A stretch of 63,707 nt of DNA, counting the filler, from Octopus bimaculoides (lineage: Eukaryota), in NCBI RefSeq assembly GCF_001194135.2. It is 5 parts of 4 records of this genome, joined end to end, with 100 filler letters (N's around TTAATTAATTAA, not from the genome) between each part and the next. Parts side by side here need not be neighbours in the genome. Positions count along the whole stretch, not along the records: positions 50,844 to 63,707 come from NC_068989.1; 4 more parts are not named here. The stretch is one strand, 5' to 3'. Made by a program: the position numbers and the translations under genes. Shown here in pieces: positions 50,844 through 63,707 of the stretch (its first letter is position 1; each line of letters starts with the position of its first letter). Under the pieces are notes generated by a model, which was not told the origin of the DNA, ran no database searches, and saw nothing but the letters and a program-made list of their open reading frames with translations.

Positions 50844-51303
50844 AGGGGTACTCTCTTGTGGGGGTGTCTTTACCACTAAGTTGATATCATCGACATATCG
50901 AGAGTACACATTCACGAGTATGGAGTTATGTGTCAGGCGTTCCTTAAGCCTTCTGTCCCACCATACCATGAAGAGATTGGCCACATCACCGGCGATACTA
51001 ACACCGATGGCTGCCCCCTCGTCCTGGGCGTATAATTTGTTGTTAAATTTAAAGGTGTGGCCTTTTAGGGTGACCTTTATACTAGCTCCTAGTGCATGTG
51101 CGATCATTTTCTTTACCTGGTGGATATTAGTGGGGGTCCGTATGGCTCTGGTCCATCTACTCCATCTCTCTATAGGGGTCTTCCTAGCCATAGAGCCATA
51201 CGACCATAGAGATTTCTGCCCTAGTAGACGTCTAAGAGGTAGACCACCCACAATTACCTCTATGGCTAGGAAGACCCCTATAGAGAGATGGAGTGGATGG
51301 ATC
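50844..51303 (-). mobile_element. Penelope-like reverse transcriptase core fragment with 5' inversion
   Basis: HTFKFNNKLYAQDEGAAIGVSIAGDVANLFMVWWD..YSRYVDDI; the 5' part 51196-51303 is inverted. Confidence 0.9.
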
Positions 51304-51320
51304 ATATACATACTTTTTTT

Positions 51321-51446
51321 AAAAAGCAGCAAAATTTTTTAAAAAACCGTTACTCAGAGTTTCACGTTCACATTCGTCGAAAACTGCCCGACGATCGAGA
51401 ACGTGAAACCTCGAGTAACAGTTTTTGCGATTTTTTGCTGCTTTTT
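51321..51446. repeat. Imperfect inverted repeat (about 55-bp arms), probable PLE-type terminal repeats
   Basis: AAAAAGCAGCAAAA..GTTACTCAGAGTTTCACGTTC / GAACGTGAAACCTCGAGTAAC..TTTTGCTGCTTTTT. Confidence 0.8.
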
Positions 51447-51866
51447 TTATAAAGCATATTACCCTACCTCTGGTGTTCGAGTACTATTTTTCCACATGTT
51501 CGCTCTTGTTTTGATTCTCACCTCACTCATGTATCTATAATCCTTTCTCTTTTTCAGTTTCACGTTCACTCAGCGCGCCAAAACTGTCTCTTCCCTGCAA
51601 ATCTTATTGCATTTTGACTAATGCATACTTGTATTTTTTTTCTGTCCTAATATTTTCTCTTGCCGTCCTATCATTGGTCACTTATGTCTATGTTCCATAT
51701 ACTTTTTTTAGTCGTGTGATCTATTTTTCTATTTTACTTTCATTTGCATGTATATTTTTATGTATGCTATGCATATATTATATAATTCATATTTACCATA
51801 CATTTATATAATTTATATATATATGTATAAATATATACACACACACACACACACACATACACGCAT

Positions 51867-51937
<71 letters not shown>

Positions 51938-51942
<5 letters not shown>

Positions 51943-52055
51943 CGAGCTAGCAGAATAGTGTGAATGCCTGGCGGCTTTTCGTACGTCTGTAAGATTTTAG
52001 TTTGAATTCCTCCGAGGCCGACTCTGCTTTTTATCATTTCGGGGTTACTGAAATA
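51938..52055 (+). mobile_element. SINE family B 5' fragment, degenerate
   Basis: GAGCTAGCAGAATAG..TTTGAATTCCTCCGAGGCCGAC..TTTCGGGGTT. Confidence 0.6.
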
Positions 52056-52061
52056 GGCACA

Positions 52062-52282
52062 GGCGTGGCTGTGTGGTAAGAAGCTTGCTTACCAGCCACA
52101 TGGTTCCCGGCTCAGTCCCATTGCGTGGCACCTTGGGCAGGTGTCTTATGTTTTTACTATGGCCTCGGGCCGACCCAAGCCTTGTGAGTGGATTTGGTAG
52201 ACGGAAACTGAAAGAAGCTCGCCGCATGCATATATATATATATATGTATGTGTGCGTGTGTGTGTGTGTGTATGTACGTGTG

Positions 52283-52327
<45 letters not shown>

Positions 52328-52532
52328 GTCTGTGTTTGCCCCACTCACTATCGCTTGACAACCGATGTTGGTATGTTAACGTCCCCGTAACTAAGCGGTT
52401 CGGCCTAAGTGTTCGATATAATAAGTACTAGGCTTACAAATAATAAGTTCTTGGGTCGGTTTGTTAGACTAAAGGCAGTGCTCCAGCATGGCCGAAGTCA
52501 AATGAATTAAACAAGTAAAAGACTAAAAGAAT
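52062..52532 (+). mobile_element. SINE family A, full length, expanded internal microsatellite
   Basis: All segments present; TA/TG/CA tract at about 52230-52325. Confidence 0.92.
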
Positions 52533-52579
52533 ATATATACATACATATATATATGCATGTGTGTGTGTGTGTGTGTTTG

Positions 52580-52720
52580 TGTAGTTGAAATTTCCAGAAA
52601 AGTTAAGTCAAGGACAGGTGAGGGGACGACAAACAGGTGTAATAGTTTGACGCTCCTCGACAGAAAAAGAAGATAAAATGGAGAGAGGAGGAAAAAGGAG
52701 ACGGTGAGAGAAAGAAATAT
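52580..52720 (-). mobile_element. Element H copy lacking the hammerhead core
   Basis: GACAGGTG..AAACAGGTGTAATAGTTTGACGCTC-CTCGACAGAAA; 38 nt missing relative to 58364-58525. Confidence 0.6.
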
Positions 52721-53984
52721 GTAAGGGTCAACATAATGATAAAAGAATTATATATATATATGTATATAAATGTGTGTGTATGTATACATACTCACGCAAA
52801 TAGACTTACTCATATGCCTTTCTATTTATATATATGTACCCACACAGACTCTTAAACGCACCTGTGCGCACGCACACAAACATGTATTGGTTATACATAT
52901 ATCACCTTAAATAGTATGGTATAAAATCCAACTGTAAATATACTCATATATTACAAATATAGAGTCGACATTTCTATTACCATTGGATTAATACCTGATA
53001 ACGTTACAGTTGTTTTAATGTATTGATGAATATCTTCAAAGGTTACCAATCGATTCTCCACCTTTGAGACAATATTACAAATACACACTCATATATTCAC
53101 AAATCATATAGTATATAACAAATGTATATTATATCGCCTGTTTTTAAATATAATACTGCAATATCTTATATTTCCTTTCATTATGTAGCAAGTTCGTATA
53201 GGATTTCATTGAAATTTTAGTTGAATAACGGCCTTGTTTTCTTCTAACGTCAGCCAAAATTAAGCATCTTTTTTATTAATTAAATATCATCCCTGAACGA
53301 ACACAATTATTACTAAAGCCGTTCAAGACGTGGCCATCTTGTAATTTTCACCTGTAGGTTGGAAACGAGGAAATTTGGCTGCTATTTCAAGCATCGCGAT
53401 TTTGTTTCGCTTTATATAATATATATACTACACTCGATTTTGTATATACGAAAATTGTTTTCAGTATATACTTTCTTAAGGTAAGATTTGAGTGAAATTT
53501 GGCTCCAAATTTTCTGGTGATCAACAGTGTTGTGCTATGTCTTTTTTTTTTGGCTCCTTGCCAGCTCTACTGAAAGTTATTTGATGAAAAGCGTTCCAGT
53601 GGTTCCCTATACCAGGAACTAAATTGTCTGATGTATCCTTCATTTAATGCAGTGAGACTTGATTTGACTGGAGATGAGTTGTTGTTTTCAGAGTTTTCAG
53701 AGAAAAGCAAAGTTAGCCGTTTGAACTCGAAGCGTACAGAGTCATAAGTTCCCCTCGGCGTTTTGTCCGGCCTTGTAAATATTCTGCCAGCTCGCCACTT
53801 TGTAGTGAATAACTAACAAACAAACAAACTAACTAACTAACTAACTAACTAACAAAATAAATAAATAAATAAAATATTGACTACTCCAAGAAGTTGTGTG
53901 TCTTCTCTGTGCAAGGGACATACTAATGTCTGTGTCGTTCCAGTTTTAGATAATGCACTGCTGAATTTCGTAAAACGATGATGA

Positions 53985-54112
53985 CGATGACGATGATGAT
54001 GGTTATTATTATTATTATTTTTATTATTATTATTATTGTCGTCGTCGTCGACGTCGACGTCGTCGTCGTCGACGTCGACGTCGTCGTCGTCATCATCGTC
54101 ATCATCATCATC

Positions 54113-54162
<50 letters not shown>

Positions 54163-54187
54163 CATCATTATCATCACCATAATCATC

Positions 54188-54273
<86 letters not shown>

Positions 54274-54298
54274 TATCATCATCATCATCATCATCATT
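53985..54298. repeat. Compound trinucleotide repeat (GAT/ATT/GTC/CAT)
   Basis: Read directly. Confidence 0.95.
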
Positions 54299-56626
54299 AA
54301 CAATTTACAGATGATGATGTTATTATTGACGTTATCTCTGAGGAGTCATGTTCCGCAGAGCTCCGCGGAAGGCTATTGCTTTTCTTTATATCAAAAAGTT
54401 TTGGATTATCTGTTCATCCACACCACATCTTTGGGTAGAGGAAAGATGTATGTTTAGATATTTTCTATTGTTTAAATCTTTTGGCAAATAGCCTTTTGCT
54501 ACACATATGGGACGAAAATGGCTGCACATGGAAGTGGAAAGAAGGGAAACTAGCCAAAGAGGAAGTAATATTTCAGTAAACAAATAAACTCCAAATCATT
54601 AAAGAAACGTACAGATAAAGCTTTGAAGCTAATTATTTACACAAGGACAAAGAACAGTTTTGAAAATTACGTTTACATAAAAAAGAACAAACAAAAACAA
54701 AACACACAAAAACAAAACAAACAAAAAATGAAGAAAGCCAGACGACACAAGTAATGATAAGAGAAACAAGAACGCAATTTTCTGTCATTTCTTTACGCCG
54801 TGGAAATATCAGAGCAACTCCACTGGAGCCAGCTCAAAAAAAAAAGGAATGGTCAATGTGTATCAAATTTATCCAGGAACAAAAGTGGTGAATTTTCTTA
54901 TAAGTGGAGAGGACTTCCATGTGCCATCCTGAATAGTATTATCTGAACCCTGGGCGATATGTAGTAAGAGGTGTGCACCATCGACACATGCAAAACATGG
55001 GTTAGTGTTTACCTTGATTTTAAAACTGAGGACCACGCGAGAAGACTTATACAGTTGGTGATCTACACTCATGCACATAAGCTAGTCCAGAGTTTCGCAA
55101 CCAATTTTTCCCCCTGTCCCAGTATAATTTTCCTGGAAAATAAAACTATTTATGATATTTTATCATAAAACTAACTAATGCAAAAGAATCTACCGGTATC
55201 TCCTTTTTAAGTATTGTGTCCCCCAAAAAGTACATTATTGACTTTTTATTGAATAAAAAGTGAATCACTTTAAGGAGAATCTTGTGCCTGCCGACTACGA
55301 CACCAAGCCCCACTACATTTTGCCCAGGCTGCACTGAGAGTCGTTGAGCTAGATCCAGATTGTACCGGTTTCAAGAAAACCAGAGTCATTGTTGGATATA
55401 TTGATAGGGACAGTTACATTGTTTCTTGACTCCATTGGATAATATTCTGGACATGTCCATTATGAAAACCTGAAACTCATCAATATGCAACCGGCTTGCT
55501 TTTGTGTGGATATTCACGTCTTTGTGATTCCCATAGCAACAAAGTCAGACTGAAGATGTGCCTCATTAAGAGAGAGAGGGAAAGAGCGGGTGAAAGAGAG
55601 AGACGAGAGAATGTTAATTAGATTAGTAATGCATTACTAAACCAGCGGCTGTAAAGGTTACATGAATGTTTTCCAATTATATGTAGGACTACAATCCGAT
55701 CATCATACAATTACTTATAAAAAATGGAGTACGGAGAAGGATGGGGGAAAAATAAGAAAATAAACAAGGTTAACCAGTGAGTCCTAACAAAAGGCAAGGA
55801 AAAGATTGGATATATCTTACGGGAAAGTATGACAGCCCAGCAGGGAGTGTCGGAATTTGATGTGTACTGCGAAAAGACAAAGCATGAAGCGAGTTGCAGA
55901 GGAAGCAAATGCAGCACTAATTGGGTAAGAGTTTGTGAATGAGCATCAGGTGTGTCTAGATGAAAACAATTTGATAATTCGGCAAACCTAGCTTTCTGTA
56001 GTGATCTTAGCTAAAGGTGATCGGAATCGAGGGGCGTTAAGACTGCGCCTATGTGAAAATTTATCACCTGCATGTATATAAACTATCCTTATTTGTATTC
56101 ATTTGTAATTATAGAGCCTCGGACAAAATGCTTGAGGTATTTGTTCCGGTTCGTTCGTACTGAGTTCAAACCGCACCGAAGTTATCGTTCCCCTTCATCA
56201 ATGCAAGACCAGTCGATATAATTGACTAGTTGCTTCTAAATTTATTACCGATACGAAAGTAGTGACGACTATTAATGTTAACCCGTTATATTTCTTGACA
56301 TTTTATTTTTACATATAACATTTCCATAATGCTTTTATTTTGGTCCCTCAAATTAGGGAAGAAACACAGAAATGTATATAAAGTGACATAAAATAACATT
56401 CTCTGCAAATGCCATAAATTTGCATATTATTCATTGTATAATAATTTATAGAGTATTAATCAACAAGTTATAGCGCACAAGTGTACATTATTTATATGTG
56501 CATATATGCAAATACACTGGCATACATGCATATGTACATGCAAGAGTGTATGGTTATATACTTTTTCCTTATGTAAACATAAGTATGAGCACATGTTTAC
56601 ACACATAAACACGTGTGCACGTGTGC

Positions 56627-56658
<32 letters not shown>

Positions 56659-57245
56659 NNNNNNNNNNNNNNNNNNNNNNNNNNNNNNNNNNNNNNNNNN
56701 NNNNNNNNNNNNNNNNNNNNNNNNNNNNNNNNNNNNNNNNNNNNNNNNNNNNNNNNNNNNNNNNNNNNNNNNNNNNNNNNNNNNNNNNNNNNNNNNNNNN
56801 NNNNNNNNNNNNNNNNNNNNNNNNNNNNNNNNNNNNNNNNNNNNNNNNNNNNNNNNNNNNNNNNNNNNNNNNNNNNNNNNNNNNNNNNNNNNNNNNNNNN
56901 NNNNNNNNNNNNNNNNNNNNNNNNNNNNNNNNNNNNNNNNNNNNNNNNNNNNNNNNNNNNNNNNNNNNNNNNNNNNNNNNNNNNNNNNNNNNNNNNNNNN
57001 NNNNNNNNNNNNNNNNNNNNNNNNNNNNNNNNNNNNNNNNNNNNNNNNNNNNNNNNNNNNNNNNNNNNNNNNNNNNNNNNNNNNNNNNNNNNNNNNNNNN
57101 NNNNNNNNNNNNNNNNNNNNNNNNNNNNNNNNNNNNNNNNNNNNNNNNNNNNNNNNNNNNNNNNNNNNNNNNNNNNNNNNNNNNNNNNNNNNNNNNNNNN
57201 NNNNNNNNNNNNNNNNNNNNNNNNNNNNNNNNNNNNNNNNNNNNN

Positions 57246-57276
<31 letters not shown>

Positions 57277-58363
57277 CACATAGGTATATACATTTATGCA
57301 AATATGTTTATACTGGAGTGTGTGTTCATATATGTATGAGAGAGAGTGTATATGTACACATACATACTTGTACACGTTTATATATGTGCATACATATATA
57401 CATTTATATACAGGTGCAAAGAGACTTCCACATGCACACTCACACATATGCGTATATACATGAATATACAGGGATATTTACAATTTACATTCACACATAC
57501 ATGCATTCATACCCAAACATTGACACAAACATATGTGCATACTCAAATGCATTTATACAGACTATTACATACATACATGCATACATACATACATACATAC
57601 ATATACTACTTGTCTTCTGTCACCGTTTGTAATATTTCCGCTGATACAATATTATTATTCTAAGTACTCTCTTAAATTCCCCGCCTATGTTCCATTTTGC
57701 AGTTCCTTTATTTCCTTTTCTCTCTTCTATTGCGCACCTCTCCCTATCCCTCTCGGTCCCACGCGTTCCCTCTCTGTGCGTCTCTAAGATAAAGTATCTA
57801 CTAGTCGAGTAATATGGTTGAATTTATCGACCCCTTTTAAACCTTAGAGCGTGTATCTCTGCCAGATATCTAGCATGGTAGGAGATATAGGAAACAGTAG
57901 AGTACCGGGTTAATATTACACTGAAAACATTTAGTTACCTTCATATTTTAGCGTCTCAGCACCAATTCTACTACGGTGAGTCTATGTTTAGCATACCCTG
58001 ATACTAAGGAGATGTGCAAACATAAGTATGTATGTATGTCTGTATGTATGTATGTATGTATGTATGTATGTATGTATGTATGCATTATGTGTGTATGAAT
58101 ATATATGCATATGTTTGTAAATATGTATATATGTCAGTATGTATATGTGAAATTTAGTTTTGGAATTGTACCTCGAAGCACGTGAATGTTATAAATCATA
58201 GTGTTTGGTTACTGCCATGCCGATTCTGCGATACATATTTATATAGCTATATGTGTATACGTTTCATATGTGTGTGTACTTGTATGTACACGTGCATATA
58301 TGTTTGTGTGTGTGTGTATTTAAGTAAATATATTTACACACACACATATATATACATACATAT

Positions 58364-58525
58364 ATATGGGAGAATATACAAATAATAACAACAGACGAGG
58401 ACAGGTGGTGTAAATAACAAAAGTATATATTAGTATGACGCTCGGGAATATGGAAAGTCTTTGACGTTTCGAGCTACGCTCTTCAACAGAAAGAATACGG
58501 AGACAAGGAGAAAAACACGGAGACA
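58364..58525 (-). mobile_element. Element H, best-preserved copy
   Basis: Reverse complement of 11430-11598; embedded in TA/CA microsatellite. Confidence 0.8.
58458..58494 (-). ncRNA. Minimal hammerhead-like motif with variant core
   Basis: - strand UCUUU CUGUUGA A GAGC-GUA-GCUC GAAA CG UC AAAGA: perfect 5-bp stem I, 4-bp stem II, palindromic ACGU stem III, GUC site; A6 is U. Activity untested. Confidence 0.55.
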
Positions 58526-58738
58526 CATATTTAAGGATGTATGTATTTACTTAAGTGTGTATATATATGTGTCTGTGTGTNNNNNNNNNNNNNNNNNNNN
58601 NNNNNNNNNNNNNNNNNNNNNNNNNNNNNNNNNNNNNNNNNNNNNNNNNNNNNNNNNNNNNNNNNNNNNNNNNNNNNNNNNNNNNNNNNNNNNNNNNNNN
58701 NNNNNNNNNNNNNNNNNNNNNNNNNNNNNNNNNNNNNN

Positions 58739-58773
<35 letters not shown>

Positions 58774-59148
58774 AGGAGTGGCTGTGTGGTCCCGCTGCAT
58801 GGCACCTTGGGCAAGTGTTTTCTACTATAGCCTCAGGCCGACCAAAGCCTTGTGAGTGGATTCGTAGACAGAAACTGAAAGAAGCCCGTCGTATATATAA
58901 AGATATATATATATATATATGCATGTGTGTTTATATGTTTGTGTGTCTGTGTTTACCACTCCCCCATCGCTTGACAACCGATGCTAGTGTGTTTACGTAC
59001 CCGTAAATTAACGGTTCGGCAAAGTGACCGATAGAATAAGTAGTAGGCTTACAAAGAATAAGTCCTGGGGTAGATTTGTTCAACTAAAATGATAATGCAC
59101 CAGCATGGCCGTAGTCAAATAACTGATGCAAATAAAACAATAAAAGAA
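58774..59148 (+). mobile_element. SINE family A with deletion in the tRNA-like head
   Basis: GGCTGTGTGGT joined directly to CCCGCTGCATGGCACC (B-box region missing); body and tail intact. Confidence 0.88.
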
Positions 59149-59394
59149 TATATATATGCATACATATTTAAGGATACTCTTTACTGTATATATTTATCAA
59201 TGTATATATATATGTATATATACTTTTACGTTTCTATACTAGAATGTGTGTACATATTCACATACAAACATAGACACACACATACGTGCACCAAACTAAT
59301 CTGCTTCCTCGTTTTAAATGGTACTACTGGACTTGTGACATATTTTGTAATAAACACTTGTGACAACGACCAATACCACTATCACTACTAACTA

Positions 59395-59415
59395 GAAGCA
59401 GCAGCAGCAACAGTA

Positions 59416-59460
<45 letters not shown>

Positions 59461-59565
59461 ATGGAGTAGTAGTGGTGGTGGTGGTGGTGGTGGTGGTGGT
59501 GGTGGTGGTGGTAGTAGTAGTAGTAGTTGTAGTAGTAGTAGTAGTTAGCAGTAGTTTATAGTAGT
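59395..59565. repeat. (AGC)/(AGT)n/(GGT)n compound repeat
   Basis: Read directly. Confidence 0.95.
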
Positions 59566-60269
59566 AAGAAAACTAGAATGACACTATCGCCAGCGCATCA
59601 CCTATAACAGTATTTAGTGTCACCAATGTCAGCCTATGCAGAAATGGCCTTCATAGGTGGCACCTTGAACAGCAAGACATAGTAGGCAAATCTCCCTGAG
59701 CTTATGCACTCTACAATCATTTTAGAAAGAAAAAAAAAACCCACGCACACACACACGCACAGAAACACACACATACACACACATACACACACAAACAGAA
59801 ACATAGCCACACGCACACAACTGGCCCTTAGCTACAACAAGGCATGGGGAGAATTTTTGGCTTAAAAAATGGAATGATTAAAGCTTCGAATGTTGTTTGA
59901 TCCTAGTTCTATTTGATCTGGACTGGTCAAGGTATTGGGGTGGGGGCTTAATCGAAACATCATCATCGACAGTATCAACCTATTTTGTGTAGTAAGTAAC
60001 TGTCCCCTGCTTTATTGTTATTTTTTATTTTTATTTTTTATTTTTTTCACAGTTCTCTATTGTCCACTTTGTGCTGCCTGTCCACTCGCTATTCACGGCT
60101 AACACAACCAGACAAGCGGAAAGGACTAACTGTAGACAGCAGTAAACATGTAAACATAAGGTTCTGTAACTACGCTGCTCTGATACCGCCACCTTTATTC
60201 ACAGCAACTCAGTTTTTCGATTATTACCATTACAAATATTATTACAAATAATAATTAAATTTAGCAGTA

Positions 60270-61823
<1,554 letters not shown>

Positions 61824-62628
61824 NNNNNNNNNNNNNNNNNNNNNNNNNNNNNNNNNNNNNNNNNNNNNNNNNNNNNNNNNNNNNNNNNNNNNNNNNNNNN
61901 NNNNNNNNNNNNNNNNNNNNNNNNNNNNNNNNNNNNNNNNNNNNNNNNNNNNNNNNNNNNNNNNNNNNNNNNNNNNNNNNNNNNNNNNNNNNNNNNNNNN
62001 NNNNNNNNNNNNNNNNNNNNNNNNNNNNNNNNNNNNNNNNNNNNNNNNNNNNNNNNNNNNNNNNNNNNNNNNNNNNNNNNNNNNNNNNNNNNNNNNNNNN
62101 NNNNNNNNNNNNNNNNNNNNNNNNNNNNNNNNNNNNNNNNNNNNNNNNNNNNNNNNNNNNNNNNNNNNNNNNNNNNNNNNNNNNNNNNNNNNNNNNNNNN
62201 NNNNNNNNNNNNNNNNNNNNNNNNNNNNNNNNNNNNNNNNNNNNNNNNNNNNNNNNNNNNNNNNNNNNNNNNNNNNNNNNNNNNNNNNNNNNNNNNNNNN
62301 NNNNNNNNNNNNNNNNNNNNNNNNNNNNNNNNNNNNNNNNNNNNNNNNNNNNNNNNNNNNNNNNNNNNNNNNNNNNNNNNNNNNNNNNNNNNNNNNNNNN
62401 NNNNNNNNNNNNNNNNNNNNNNNNNNNNNNNNNNNNNNNNNNNNNNNNNNNNNNNNNNNNNNNNNNNNNNNNNNNNNNNNNNNNNNNNNNNNNNNNNNNN
62501 NNNNNNNNNNNNNNNNNNNNNNNNNNNNNNNNNNNNNNNNNNNNNNNNNNNTATATATATATATATATATGTACGTATGTTTTTAATTTATATGTATTTC
62601 TTCAATATATACATATAAATAAATGGAC

Positions 62629-62669
<41 letters not shown>

Positions 62670-63707
62670 TGTGTGTGTATGTGTGTGTAACTATGTATGT
62701 ATCTATGTATGTATCTATGTATGTACCTATGTATGTTGTATGTGTATGTATATATCTTTGCGTGTGTGTGTGTATGTCTGTATGAGTGTATGTATGATAG
62801 TAGAAATTATCCTAAAACATCAGCGTATGGATGGATTAAGAAAACTTTTTTTGTCCAAGGTTGTGGTAAATCCGATGATGGCTTTGCTTCAGCTTACTTC
62901 TAAATTCATTCAACACTTTGTTTGCAACATTTTGCCGTAGACAAAATGTGGCAAGTGTAATTTTGTAAGGTATGAATATATGAAAACGATGCTGTTAAAG
63001 AACTCCACGTGAATGAATGAATGAATGAATGAATGAAGGAAAGAAGGAAAGACGGAAAGAAGGAAGAAAGAAGAAAGGAATGAAGAAAGGTAACGAATGA
63101 AAGGACGGAATGGGTAAGAAAAGGATTAAAGGAATATGTGTATACAAAACGAGTGACAGTAAAACGTCTTATCAACACACTAGAGAATTAATTCTTTTTA
63201 TTTTAATATATAATGTGCGCGAAATTTCTCTCACTCTGTCACTCTCTCTTTATCACTCTTTCTCTCTCTCTATCATTTCCTGGGTGTCTCTGTCTATATC
63301 TCCATTTCGCTTATTCAATCACTCACTTTTCCACGATATTTTACAAAAATATTCACAAATACACACGTTTAGAATTATGTGCCTCGTTACAATAAGTTTA
63401 TGTTGTTAGTGTGTCGATGTTTCAAACGATGTTGCGCGTACAAAGGAAACAGTAAAACCAAAGTATGTGTATGTATGCGTGAGTGCACGTATGTATGTAT
63501 GTATGTATGCATGTACGTATGTATTCATGTATGAGTATATGTACATACATGAACACACACACATATACAGAGAGGGAGATAGAGAGGGAGGGAGAGGTGT
63601 ATAGATATACATATGAACATATACATATATAAACATTCATACATATGTAAGTATGTATTTCGGTACGCGAATATATATATATATATACACATTACTCACA
63701 CAAAGTT

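Noticed and set aside
54869-55078. CVDGAH resembling the Harbinger DGxH motif
   Set aside because: Spacing to the next conserved block is far too short, and there are no TIRs.

Overview
Repeat-saturated animal genomic DNA. The SINE repertoire and extreme microsatellite density point to a coleoid cephalopod, most likely Octopus (inference). The window contains many N-gaps plus four artificial 100-bp spacers (N44-TTAATTAATTAA-N44), so it is five pieces whose adjacency is not guaranteed. Most long ORFs in the track are gap or microsatellite artefacts. The one well-supported host gene is a + strand gene with spliced coding exons at 48984-49036 and 49500-50743 (cut by a spacer). It encodes an acidic, disordered protein with S/T-P sites and an FFAT-like motif, and has a candidate non-coding first exon and promoter at about 42.73-42.92 kb carrying tandem CHR-like (TTTGAA) sites. 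The rest is mostly mobile DNA: several tRNA-derived SINE families (three copies with 13-bp target duplications), two DD34D mariner relics, a maT-like and a Tigger-like relic, RTE and I-like endonuclease relics, and four Penelope-like (PLE) fragments. The most interesting signals are (i) minimal hammerhead-ribozyme-like folds in PLE-derived sequence, including a short microsatellite-embedded element whose copies share a non-canonical core (CUGU[U/C]GA) while one copy has deleted that core, (ii) a twin-priming-type 5' inversion in a PLE, and (iii) a templated inverted duplication flanked by 12-bp direct repeats. No CRISPR, rRNA or bona fide tRNA genes are supported.
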